Part shown: one piece after another, positions 37,201 to 47,000 of the stretch
How positions within the stretch are numbered: position 1 is the stretch's first letter
Layout of the letters: every line of letters starts with the position of its first letter
Origin: Lytechinus pictus
Taxonomy: Eukaryota
Assembly (NCBI RefSeq): GCF_037042905.1
Contig: NC_087252.1
Coordinates: 26,724,001-26,788,000, forward strand
DNA length: 64,000 nt
Reading direction: 5' to 3'
Position numbers and translations under genes: made by a program
Notes under the pieces: generated by a model
The model's database searches: none
The model's input: only the letters and a program-made list of their open reading frames with translations
What the model was told of the DNA's origin: nothing

Positions 37201-40200
37201 AAGTTGCAAAATAACACAATATTGAAAGTCACTGTTCTTTTTTCCGTGGTGATGAGTGAGTTTCTCAGCGGTTTCTTTTGTTTTCATGCACTTTAATATC
37301 AACATTAACATGGAGATCCGTGAGATATCATGGTTTGATACCGGTGTGTTGGCTCAATTGGTAGAGCGTTCGTCTCACAACCGGGAGTTCAAACCCCGGC
37401 CGCGTCAGACCAAAAGACGTCAAGAAATGGGAGTTGCTGCTACCCTGTTTGGCGTTCAACGATTAAAGAGATAAAGCCACGTCGAACTGGCGCTGCACAG
37501 CGGCTGCCGGGCCCACGATTAATTGAGCGAAGCAAATTTTTGGAGTATTTCATTTCATGTCTATTTCGAATGGTAAAATATGGATTTTCATCTTTTCTTT
37601 TGAATTGTGGTTTGAAATTCCCATGCATGTTTGTTTGTTTGCTTGTGCAGAGGTGTGTTTGATTTCCTGTTAATGCTGATATTAGGAGCATGAAAACAAA
37701 AGAAACCGCTGAGAAGCTCACTCATCACCACGGAAATAAAAGAACAGTGACTTTCAATATTGTATAATTTAGCAACTTTTGAATTTTGACCTTGCCAAAC
37801 ATTTCAACGCAATGCACCTCCATGTGAACCATAATCATATCATGTCTCCATGTGAACCATAATCATATCATGTAGGGTATAATTCTAAGGAGAATTAAAT
37901 GATGTTTTTAATAATATCAAATATGCATTGCTTGAAATTAGGAGTTTAGAGAAATTAATGGCCAAACTCAGATTTCCAAACGTTTTTGAGGAGTTTATAT
38001 GCAACCAATCAGTAAATATTTCTTAAATGCGGCGTAGGTTACCATTGTTATTGCTGATGACACACATATCTCTTTGTCCTTTCAACCTAAAATTCCGTTA
38101 CTGTTCTTGGCTATCACACAACTTGAAACATTGTCTACGAAACCGTAAGACTTGGTTTGTACCTAATAGCCTGAAACTGAATGATGATAAATCTAAAATT
38201 TTATTATTGTACCAAACTTTTGTTATAAAGGAAAAATTGATTATCAGTCGTGTCACATCCATATTGGTAGTACTTGTATCACTCGGTCAAAAAGAAGTAT
38301 TTAATTTCTTTAAGCACGAAGGGTTAACCTATGCGCGATTAAGTAGGCACTTTTATATAAATTTAGCGTACATTTCTATAATCTGCGCCCACTTCAAAAA
38401 GTCATACAACCACAGTGGAAAAAATAAGTAATAAATCACTCATATCACATAGATATTAGTAGCACTTCTATCGATCCGTCACAAACAACCCGTAATTTGG
38501 GAGTTATATTCGATCATGAAATGACTGATCACAATACATCTGAATTGTAATGACAATTAGAAAAAAAAACTCCACATAAGTACATACGTTATATCGGGGC
38601 TCCAAGTTTAGCGATTATTCCTAAATGGAATGACCTATCACGATCATCATTGCATGCGCATTTTGTTCAGTAGACTGAAGAGGAACCAATCAGAACTATT
38701 CTTTTAAAGCAACAATTAATCGCCAACCTTTGTCATGTTTGTATTACGGGGCAATGAAAACCAATTACAGATCAGAAACCTTTACGCTTCATTTTTTGTC
38801 TCACCTGCATAGCAGAGTGAGACTATAGGCGCCGCTTTTCCGACGGCGGCGGCGGCGTCAACACCAAATCTTAACCTGAGGTTAAGTTTTTGAAATGACA
38901 GCATAACTTAAAAGGTATATAGACCTAGTTCATGAAACTTGGCCATAAGGTTAATCAAGTATTACTAAACATCCTGCCTGAGTTTCATGTCACATGACCA
39001 AAGTCAAAGGTCATTTAGGGTCAATGAACTTAGACCATGTTGGGGGAATCAACATCAAAATCTTAACCTAAGGTTAAGTTTTTGAAATGTCATCATAACT
39101 TAGAAAATATATGGACCTAGTTCATGAAACTTATACATACGGTTAATCGAGTATCATTGAACATTCTGCATGAGTTTCACGTCACATGACCAAGGTCAAA
39201 GGTCATTTTTAGGGTCAATGAACTTTGGCCGAATTGGGGGTATCTGTTGAATTACAGCCATAAATTTGAAAGTGTGTTGGTCTAGTTCATAAAACTTGGA
39301 CATAAGAGTAATCAAGTATCACTGAACATCCTGTGCACATTTTAGGTCACATGACCAAGGTCAAAGGTCAATTAACTTTGGCCATAATGGGGGTATCTGT
39401 TGAATTATTATCATAACTTTGAAAGTGTGTTGGTCTAGTTCATAAAACGTGGACATAAGAGTAATCAAGTATCACTGAACATCCTGTGCACATTTTAGGT
39501 CACATGACCAAGGTCAAAGGTCAATGAACTTTGGCCATAATGGGGGTATCTGTTGAATTATTATCATAACTTTGAAAGTTGATGGATCTGACTCTTGAAA
39601 CTTGGACATAAGACTAATCAAGTATCACTGAACATCCTGTGCGAGTTTCAGGTCACATGATCAAGGTCAAAGGTCATGTAAGGTCAAAGAACTTTGGCCA
39701 TGTTGGGGGTATTTGTTGAATTGCCATCATATCTCTATAAGTGTATTGGTCTAGTTCATAAAACGTGGAAATAAGAGTAACCAAGTATCACTGAACATCT
39801 TGTGCGAGTTATAGTAGTTTTCAAAATCAGCACTGCTGCTATATTGAATCGCGTGATGCAGGTGAGACGGCCAGAGGCATTCCACTTGTTTTAATTTAAT
39901 CTTTCCTTTAGCTTTAATGTTGTCGTCTGTCCATTGTTATGTATATTCTTGATAAGACAAGTGTATTCAAAATATTAAAAAACCCAAGTCTTTATTTAAT
40001 GCCTTTTTGAGATTTTGTAGTATTATTATTATTATTACTTATTATTTGTACTGCGCTTTTCCCATTAGGCCCAAAGCGCTTACAATGAATTAATTAAATG
40101 TAATATTTAAAAAAACTACAAAGTACGAAAGGGATGAGTTTTTAATGACTTTTTGAAAATTGCTAATGTTGGAGACTGTCTAATTATTAGTGGCAGGTCG

Positions 40201-43199
40201 TTCCAGGATTTTGAAGCCGACACTGTAAAAGTTCTGTCACCAGCTAATGTACGAGTTAATGAATATGTGAGGCGAAGGTGATCACTGGCCGACCTAAGTG
40301 CTCTCGTTGGTGTATACAGATTCAAGCAGTTACTTAAATACTGTGGAGCCTGTTTATTCAGTGTTTTGTAGACAATCAAGAGTAATTTGAACGTAATTCT
40401 CTGTTTAAAAGGAAGCCAGTGAAGAGAATTAAAGAGTGGTTGGGAAGGATGATCTCGGGAAACCTGTAAAATTAATCGTGCTGCCCAATTTTGTAGTCGT
40501 TGAATACGAATTAATTGATTAATGGGAATTGTAGAAAGGAGCCCATTGCAATAATCAATACGAGACAGAACCAATGAACGAACAGCATTGTGACAGGCAG
40601 ACTGGTCAATGAACCTTCTGATTCTAGAAATGTTCCTTGAATAAAAAGTGACTGTGCTACAGATATGAGAGATATGGTACGACATTGACATGCGGGAATC
40701 AAATATGACACCAAGGTTTCTTATTTTTTCTGATGGTCTAAAGAGTGTACCATGAACATCAAGTTGAACATTTGGAAGATTGCGCAAGTTATAAGTAGAG
40801 GCCGCAACAAAAAATTCAGTTTTTTTGTCATTTAATTTTAGCTTATTCACTATCATCCACTGTCTTATATCTGATATACAATTCTGGAGTTTAACCAGTG
40901 CATTATTGAGAGCTCCAGGAGTACCAACATGAATTTAGATCAACATGAATTTAGATCTAAATAATTACGTCATTTGTTTATTCAACTATTATTCTTTAGA
41001 TATATGAAATGAATTAGAAATTTAAAATGGAAGATACGAAATAAATCCCACATCGTGTTTAATATCAAAATTGATATTTTGAACTAATGCATAATGTCAT
41101 CTAGTCACTTGTTATAATAACCCATATTCATGTTGACTTTGAATGGTAAATTTTATTCCCAATTAATCCGTTCATTAAGACATAAGTAACTTATTTTAGA
41201 AGTGAATAAAGATATATGATTTAAACGAGACGAAACCTATTGTTTCACAAGCAAATGTTCACACTTGGTTTGAATGGATATGTTTTTTTTTATGTTTCGT
41301 TTTCTTTCTCTTCAATCCCTTCTTAGAATTTGAAAAAATATGATTATGCACATGAGAGAATCAAAGTTATCGAAATTACTTTTTCTGATTTTTGTAGTAG
41401 GAGTACAACACGGTGCAACAAGTTTACCGGCGCAGCAGACATCAGATGAAACCTTACGGTACGTTTTAATCATTAAAATACTTCTAATAATTGCTAACAT
41501 TGCCAATTGATTTACGCAGAAAAGAGTACCTTTGGTATTACTTTTCAGAAAGATGGATGGGAGCTTTTATAATCTCAATAAGTTGTTGAAAAGGGGAAAA
41601 AAAGGGGAAAATAATACAAATTAAGTAATTGATAGCTTCTGAAAGATACATATATTGGTTTGCTCTTATTAATCCCCTGTTGAATTAAAAACACGAACAA
41701 TATCCAAGACAGCAGGACATAAAAAGAACGAAATATTCATTTTGAGGGTAGAAACGTGAAACGTGCGTGACGCACTTAAAGGACAAGTTCAGCCTGTGAA
41801 AGAGTTGATTTAGTCCAGGATAGGTCCCATAGAAAATTGACCAAACCTTGTTTTTTATATATACAATATTTTTTTATGGTTTCTTGTCATTACTGTTTGG
41901 GCCAGTGGCGGCTATTTTAGATATCAAAATAGAGCAATGTTCCCTTATATGACATAATAAATGATATATCTCGTTAGTAATGGTGATTTGCATATATTAC
42001 TTCGTTCATACATCGCGATTTTTTTGCAGTTTAGTGCTCATTCTTGTGAAAATTAGTTTTCCCTATTCATATTGTACACAATAGAGTATACAAGGGCCTA
42101 TGGCGGCCATTTTGAATATCAGGAAAATAAATATTTTGTCAAAAATTATATTTTCAGAGAGTATTTCACTCCTGCCACACAATTTCATGCATTTCACAGC
42201 CAATGTGCAGACAATTTTATGATTTTCATGGGTAATTTGCATATTTTGGCGGCCATATTGGATTTTGCCAATTTGCGGAAAATGCTGAAGGTTACACGAG
42301 TGGCATCATTCAGATTCGTAATCAGCGCCCTCGAATTGACAAGAAACCATCAAAAAATATTGTATATATGAAAAAACAAGGTTATGCCTCTTCTATCCTG
42401 GACTAATTTGAATAAAAAAATGCAAAACCAATAGGCATAACGCTCAAAATCACGACATTTAAAATTGCGCCTGATTTTGCGCCGGAAATGCACATCCTTG
42501 TCAGTATCCAAATGATGATGGCGTCACCCACTCACTATTTCATGTTCACCTTATTATTATGTGAAACAAAGCGTTGCTCCTCCATTAACATGTTGTTTCA
42601 ACATTTTGTGGTTCAGTCAAGTTGGTCCTTTAAATCAGTAAAATTTGAAATATTGTATAATTCAAACAATAACAAACAAATGAAAGAGTGAGTGGGGGAC
42701 ATCATCGACTCTCTAATTTGCATTTCACTTAGCTCTGTTGATTCAAATCAATGTTTTTCAGGGGTGGACGTGATTGTTAAGAAGTGAAAAAAGCGTAGAA
42801 TAATCTGATTAGAGATAATCTGGGAGATTAATGGCAGTAATAGTGGAAATCAGCAGTGTTAAAAGGTTTACACTTTGTAATAATTTATCAAATCAACAAT
42901 CTAGGATCAATCCAGCTCGAGAGAGGGACTTTGATGACATTCTAGAAACCGTTGCAGAAAAGGTTGCCTCACGTCAAGATATACATGATTTGGGAAAGGC
43001 TCTTGGCTTTGGACCAGAGGATATCGACCGTTATGTTGAGGAGAACAAGAAAGAGACAGGCGTGTCGTGCATGGGAACTCTTTCAATGCTCCGTAAGTGG
43101 AGAAAAAAGCAAACAAAGAATACAGAGCTGAAAGCCTTGCAGACTGCTCTAGAAGAGGCTGGTGAAATCCGTCTCGCTGATGAGCTATTTGGTGAATGA
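16192..43199 (+). CDS. Spliced gene model (12 coding exons, ~913 aa): LRR-like, ZU5(HFS), UPA-like, death domain protein; PIDD/UNC5CL-like architecture
   Basis: Exons 16192-16233, 16533-16589, 21214-21270, 22378-22486, 23403-24518, 25333-25428, 25870-26217, 27415-27662, 28478-28606, 33099-33285, 41401-41458, 42905-43199 all have AG/GT boundaries. Intron phases chain as 0,0,0,1,1,1,1,0,0,1,2 to give a stop-free 2742-nt frame ending at TGA 43197-43199. The start codon and the small exons are less certain. Confidence 0.75.
16533..16589 (+). CDS. Coding exon 2 (LQGVTIFDKPSSEVIGPSK), 57 nt
   Basis: cattttcAG acceptor, AAG|GTATGT donor, phase 0-0, no stop. Confidence 0.6.
18950..20830 (+). mobile_element. 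Heavily decayed non-LTR retrotransposon ORF2 (RTE/RTEX-like) in intron 2
   Basis: Frameshifted RT motifs: DDPFSEDEVVSVIKKLKNGKA, EQAG..STTDHVFV, FDFIDRYKLWQKL, NTGVRQGE, and C-terminal CTLC...FHYLFEC. Confidence 0.8.
21214..21270 (+). CDS. Coding exon 3 (VKELTEVKLRGESSIKFKF), 57 nt
   Basis: taattttcAG acceptor, TTT|GTACGT donor, phase 0-0, no stop. Confidence 0.6.
22378..22486 (+). CDS. Coding exon 4 (PRKLNSVLLGTRRLHLTDRYFWRRYRFSGLKLEKNT)
   Basis: aaacAG acceptor and strong G|GTAAGT donor. The 109-nt length converts phase 0 to phase 1, which is what joining the large exon requires. Confidence 0.65.
22612..22758 (+). pseudogene. Decayed partial copy of the ZU5 exon inside intron 4
   Basis: Aligns by eye with ~26016-26162 (ctcttcgtgt.ctgac.gatactcct...atgtcagtctgctttggtgtaca.tgcttagctc...cctcattgcgctgttgca), with a short deletion and a frameshifting duplication of ggtgactt. 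Confidence 0.85.
23403..24518 (+). CDS. Coding exon 5, 372 codons: degenerate LRR-like solenoid followed by a Ser/Glu-rich linker
   Basis: Lies within ORF 23360-24742; ttcttttcAG acceptor, G|GTGAGT donor. Recurring LxxLxL-like motifs: LQHITIEC, FPNAKSLELS, CQNIESLFIK, LPNLTDIHLE, LKFVEVES, LKEVTVLTFYSC, LREIRFVG. Confidence 0.85.
24640..24936 (-). mobile_element. tRNA-derived SINE
   Basis: Minus strand: A box TGGCCAAGTGG, B box GGTTCAAATCC, non-tRNA body, (TAT)n-like tail. Confidence 0.8.
25333..25428 (+). CDS. Coding exon 6, acidic linker (GSQNPEGREEETSWQEKEEEFDVNQGSLPRES)
   Basis: Purine-rich coding-like island, phase 1-1, 96 nt. The acceptor (atacAG) and donor (G|GTTTTA) are weak. Confidence 0.55.
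25870..26217 (+). CDS. Coding exon 7, ZU5 domain
   Basis: aattttcAG acceptor, C|GTAAGA donor. Translation VGADGGRLRLESFGIELEIPSGAI...SPVTYTLPHCA matches the ZU5 hallmarks GGxL...GxxLxIPxGA and PVxxxLPHCA. Confidence 0.9.
27415..27662 (+). CDS. Coding exon 8, end of ZU5 with HFSW motif and start of UPA-like region
   Basis: tttgcAG acceptor, GAG|GTAAGC donor, phase 1-0; translation ...LELRMDHFSWAKIKI... Confidence 0.88.
27717..27924 (+). mobile_element. tRNA-derived SINE (internally deleted)
   Basis: A box TGGCTCAGTGG, B box GGTTCGACCCC, body gtcataccaaagac, (AATG)n-like tail. Confidence 0.75.
28277..28522 (+). repeat. 123-bp tandem duplication spanning the intron 8/exon 9 junction
   Basis: gataacgaagagggaaatc...ccggctta occurs at 28277 and again at 28400, essentially identical. 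Confidence 0.95.
28478..28606 (+). CDS. Coding exon 9 (TVKSDQEELGYKPAYDEQHVLIKKAEVDLKVTYCVDGNEERSA), UPA-like
   Basis: gacAG acceptor (second of two duplicated copies), GCG|GTAAGG donor, phase 0-0. Confidence 0.8.
28620..29503. mobile_element. MITE with TACCCTTTTTACAC TIRs and internal aaccccgtacta repeats
   Basis: Inverted termini tacccttttttacac-like / gtgtaaaaagggta, flanked by TTT/TTT; superfamily uncertain. Confidence 0.75.
28848..29169. mobile_element. hAT-like MITE nested in 28620-29503
   Basis: TIRs CACTAGCGTACCTA / TAGGTACGCCACTG; 8-bp TSD CCCCGTAC. Confidence 0.85.
29912..32405. mobile_element. Decayed hAT-like element(s) with gcgagcgcgaagcgcgagct internal repeats
   Basis: Starts cagaggcgtacc followed by a G-run, like other hAT-type MITEs in the window; recurring internal motif; right boundary unclear. 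Confidence 0.5.
31076..31635. mobile_element. Kolobok-like MITE
   Basis: cTAA|AGGTCAAGTCCACC ... GGTAGACTTGTCCT|TTAA; related copies at ~41780-42776 and ~56778-56924. Confidence 0.7.
32588..32959 (-). mobile_element. tRNA-derived SINE
   Basis: Minus strand: A box TGGTTTAGTGA, B box TGTTCGAATCC, (TAT)n tail near 32588. Confidence 0.75.
33099..33285 (+). CDS. Coding exon 10, UPA-like C-terminal part
   Basis: tttatgcAG acceptor, G|GTAATT donor, phase 0-1; within ORF 33087-33350. Confidence 0.8.
35270..37130. mobile_element. Mutator/foldback-like element with ~33-bp tandem repeats in inverted arms
   Basis: 9-bp TSD AAAATTATA (35261-35269, 37131-37139); the ccgaaggttcgttaatccgaaaacgaaataa array at 35270-35625 is inverted relative to 36815-37130. 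Confidence 0.8.
35951..36543. mobile_element. Kolobok-like MITE
   Basis: TTAA|AGGGGAATCCA ... TGGATTCCCCT|TTAA; a second copy is inverted at 48136-48715. Confidence 0.85.
37340..37600 (+). mobile_element. tRNA-derived SINE
   Basis: A box TGGCTCAATTGG, B box AGTTCAAACCC, body gtcagaccaaaagacg. Confidence 0.75.
38120..38530 (+). mobile_element. Old L2-like LINE remnants
   Basis: WFVPNSLKLNDDKSKILL and RNLGVIFDHEM motifs parallel those in 40116-40856. Confidence 0.5.
38792..39890 (+). mobile_element. Helentron-associated (HINE/DINE-1-like) non-autonomous element with tandem core repeats
   Basis: T-run flank, subterminal inverted repeat GTCTCACCTGCAT (38798) / ATGCAGGTGAGAC (39856), (GGC)n microsatellite, ~150-190-bp tandem units, ends cttgtt in a T-rich site. 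Confidence 0.75.
40020..40925 (-). mobile_element. 5'-truncated L2-clade LINE
   Basis: ORF 40116-40856: NKLKLNDKKTE, RNLGVIFD, SRIDYCNGLL, RLQNWAARLI, LHWLP; 3' gcgcttt..aaagcgc stem-loop and (AAT)n tail. Confidence 0.9.
41401..41458 (+). CDS. Coding exon 11, linker (GVQHGATSLPAQQTSDETLR)
   Basis: ttttgTAGTAG acceptor, CG|GTACGT donor. Phase 1-2 bridges exon 10 to the phase-2 death-domain exon. Confidence 0.72.
41811..42405. mobile_element. Internally deleted copy of the Academ-like element 2223-5597, opposite orientation, nested in a Kolobok-like MITE
   Basis: TAGTCCAGGATAG...CTATCCTGGACTA, 3-bp TSD ATT. Confidence 0.88.
42905..43199 (+). CDS. Terminal coding exon, death domain
   Basis: FDDILETVAEKV...DLGKALGFGPEDIDRY...GTLSMLRKWRKKQ...LQTALEEAGEIRLADEL* shows the death-fold pattern (LG-LG, ML--W, L--AL---G---LA); ctAG acceptor, phase 2. 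Confidence 0.9.
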
Positions 43200-43257
43200 T
43201 TGAATGGACCTCATGATTTTTGTGAACTATGAACTATGTTGTTCAATGGAGGATTAG

Positions 43258-44005
43258 ATAGAGGCAGTCAGTTGGCAGGTCCTCAAAAAGTAGCTTCTTT
43301 TATCCTAGTGATATTCATGATTAGAGGGTGTTTGCATTATTTTCATGCATTATTTTAATTATTTCAAGTTGTTGTTTTACACTTAATTTCTGTTTGAGCC
43401 AGAATGATCTTTAGATTATGATAAAGCTGAAGATCTTAGCTTTAATATGATATTAGTTTTATAAGAAGAAGTATTTTAGATGGGTCACCAGCCAGCTTTT
43501 CATAGGCCAAGTACATTTAGCAGCTTATTAAACAAGAATACTTCACTCCGATTTGTCAAAGAGACCACACACCCACGCAGATTCCAACGTTTCCACACTG
43601 GTCATCTGCAAGGTCACACGCACAATGTGGTTACCTCTTCGAATTACCCGCGCCTGTTGTTTTAAAAACATTATTCACCCAATCAGAACTCTGGATTTTA
43701 TGCTACTCAGAAATTCCAGAAATTTCCTCTCGTATCTTGATGGAAAAAGTTTGGTGCTGACCCATCTAAGAGGTGCCACATACAGAAGAAGAAAATTCCG
43801 TTTGAGGCATCTATTCAGGCCTGAAATTCACTTATCAAATTATTTTATTCAAAAGAAACAACCAATATAAAAGAGTAACAAGAACGCTTTCCTATGGTAC
43901 AATTTTATTTGAGTACAAAGTGGTTAAATTCTTTCAGATTTAAAGTCTCACAATTCACGAGATTGTGCAGGAATACCTTGCTCAATTGCTTACTAGCATA
44001 GGGAA
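43258..44005. mobile_element. Diverged copy of the 52202-53287 family just downstream of the stop codon
   Basis: ggcagtca..gcaggtcc start; ccaatcagaactctggattt and caggcc.gaaatt blocks are collinear with 52200-53270. Confidence 0.7.
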
Positions 44006-47000
44006 AGAAACAGAAAGAATGAGAGAAAGATAAACAAGATGAGTTTAATATGACGTTCGTAGCTGAGAAGGGGTGTGCGAACATGCACGGATGAGGATGT
44101 GTCTGTGTGTGTAAGATCAAATGTTATTGATTCGTTGTGTTTATGGGAGTATGTGAGGGTGGGTGTGTGCGTGTGTGTGTAAAGGCGTGCATATTTTAAT
44201 TCATGCAGCTGATTGCAAGGTTTTTATTTGCATTTTATGTATTGTATTATAGGGTCAATGCAGTTTATTGAAATAATCTGATCTGAAGTTTATTAATATG
44301 TATTTGATTGTGTTAACGAAATTCCTGGAAACTCATTAATTTATGATTTATGTGCTGTATTTGAATAATGAAATATAATAAATTTCTTATTATTATCTGA
44401 TTTGGATATGTACTAAATTTTGATGAAGTAATAATATTGCGTTTTGTTTAATATAAACGAGGTGTTATCAAAAGTACTATGCAGAGAGGCATTGAAAGTT
44501 GTCATAATAAATATTTTGTACTGTATTAATTGATTTTTCTGTACATAGTGAAATATATCACAAAGCATGTCAATCATGAAAATTGATTACAAAATAGGAA
44601 ACAGAACAAATTTGAACTTTGCTCAATAGATCGAACTGCCTTTGTCCAAAAAGTACCGAAAACACAGAAATCCAAGAAAAGCTATATGCTTGTATGAGAG
44701 GCAAGCCCTGAAACTTAGTTTTAGTGTTAAAATACATAGTAAAACATAAAAGGTATGTAAGCTGATGGAGATGACCGAAGACAATCTTAAAACCAATGCC
44801 ACATAAAATATCACAAAGTATGAGAGACCAAAATAAAACAAATCGTTATAAAACTACAATAAAGTGGCAAAGAAAGAATAGAGGGAGAGAGAGAGAGAAG
44901 GCGAGGTGGTGCAGGTAAAAGTGAAAGTAAAGAGAGGGACAAGACAGGGTAGGCCTTTAACAAGTCATTAGGCATGTCAAATAATTAGAATAAAATTACA
45001 CACAAATTAAACAAATATACACAATACACATGTTTTATTTTAAAGTAAGAAAGTGAAAGCCTATTATTATTTTATTTCATTCCAGTGGTGATTTTTTGGG
45101 GATTACATTATTACATCCAAATGTTGTGCATTAATTGAAAGCAAATATCGTACATTTCCTATTCAGGACATAAAATTTCATTTTTTCATTTCATTTGTTT
45201 CATTTTTAAGAAAATATAAATCAAATAAATACAATCATAACAAGTCAACATCATACAAAATATACCAATGTCATTAAATCAACTTGAAAAAACATATTAT
45301 AAGGAAGTTACATAAAAAATAATCATGTGTAAAAGATTTGTGATTTATGATATATGAAAATGGAGGATCCCACTGAAAAGCAAAGCTTGTATATTGTGGG
45401 CTCCTAAAAATAGACAAACGAGAAATAAGTTTTATATATCTTAGCATGCATGCAGTATTTTTTTATTCAAATCGATTTATCCACCAGTTTTTTAATTGAA
45501 TTGTTTTTTCCGTTAAAACAAATAACAATGCATACTAAATGATACATGTAAAATTGACAAATACAAGTAGGAGGATTGCCCTTCTCAGCAGTATCAATAA
45601 TGGTGTTGCTGGTCTACGGAGGGGTCCTCAGTGTCAAGTTGCCTCCATTGCAATGCCCTATACAGAGTCACATGTATCTACGTTGAGATTGTTCATCATT
45701 GCCTGCGACCCCCCCCCCCCCCACCATCATTAATAGAACTAAATGTTCTATCCAAAAATGACAAAGGGGTTCTAGTTTTTATAACTTACAGCGGTTGAAA
45801 TGAGATAACACCAGTCTTTCACAAAAAATAAGATGGTTGTTTTGTTTTAGATGTTTCGTATCATTTCTATTATGCGTGCATCGGATGCTGTGTCTGAAAT
45901 ATGTAAATATGTAATATACATGCTTGTATACGTTACACAAGTGAGTGAAACTTATTACATGAAGAAGAAACTTGTTCAATTATGGATCATCCATTAAGAA
46001 TATTTCAGATTACATTCTAAGATTGACCTGTACATAAGACTTAGTATTTTCTTCACTCGATCTGCTTTTTTACAGCAACATTCCATTTTCAGCTTTGTAT
46101 TCTTTATTATTTGTCATATTTTTTATGTTCATTTCTCTTTGTTATTTACAAATTATCATGTTCATTTCTCTTTGTTATTTACAAATTATCTCATGTTGTT
46201 TTAGAATAATGATATCAATAATACATTTATAAATAATCTTGTTTTAGAATGATATAAAACCACCATACGTAAATTAAATTAATTTTTTTTTATTGCAAGC
46301 TGCTCCATCAAATAAAGAACACATAAACATGTTGCATTCGGTTATGTTGATATTTAATGTAGAAATCTCTTTTGTTAGGATTTCCAGAGATTGTACATAA
46401 AATGTTAGGGCGGTACTTTGGAAATGACTAGGGGGTGTGACAGTATGTTTAAAAGAATATTTATTTGTTTTACCAGGTAATCAGCATAATTGATAACCAT
46501 GGTGAATACAATCAAAGTACGATAAGAGCCAGGTAGAAATACTCTGTATTCGTCTTTGAAATATTATTCAAATGATAGCACTGGGAAATCGAAGAAATCA
46601 AGAAAAAGTTTAGGAATTCTCTAAAAAGTCATTTATTGTCATAAATTCACACCATCATCATGTAAGTCTACAATAGATAATTAATACAATTAAGACACTT
46701 ATAAAATGTTGATGATAATCCTTTACAAGGGATATATTGCAATTTAAATTGTTGTTTTCTTCTTAAATGTGCATTTTGTAATATTGTGGGGCCAGGCTCG
46801 ATTAGCACCAGTGCTATTTTCTGGTCCCATTTACCATCGTATTTTTATACATGTGTGACTGTTATGCAATTTGCTTCATAACCTGTAAACATGTAAATAT
46901 TGTTGGTAAATAAAGAAATCAAATCAAAGAAATAAAATCAAACTTGCTATCCTATCATATGTAAATATTTGAATACGATACCTCATCAGAAGAGGAAACC

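Larger units (their letters stand above)
35153..37995. mobile_element. Tc1/mariner-like palindromic MITE hosting nested insertions
   Basis: TA|AACTCCTCAAAAA ... TTTTTGAGGAGTT|TA termini; inverted arms 37195-37310 vs 37670-37785; related fragments at 29746-29910 and 53690-54090. Confidence 0.7.

Noticed and set aside
23360..43199. Calling the gene UNC5, ankyrin, PIDD1 or an NLR
   Set aside because: No Ig/TSP/TM segments, ankyrin repeats, second intact ZU5 or Walker-A NACHT motif were seen; orthology cannot be established by eye.
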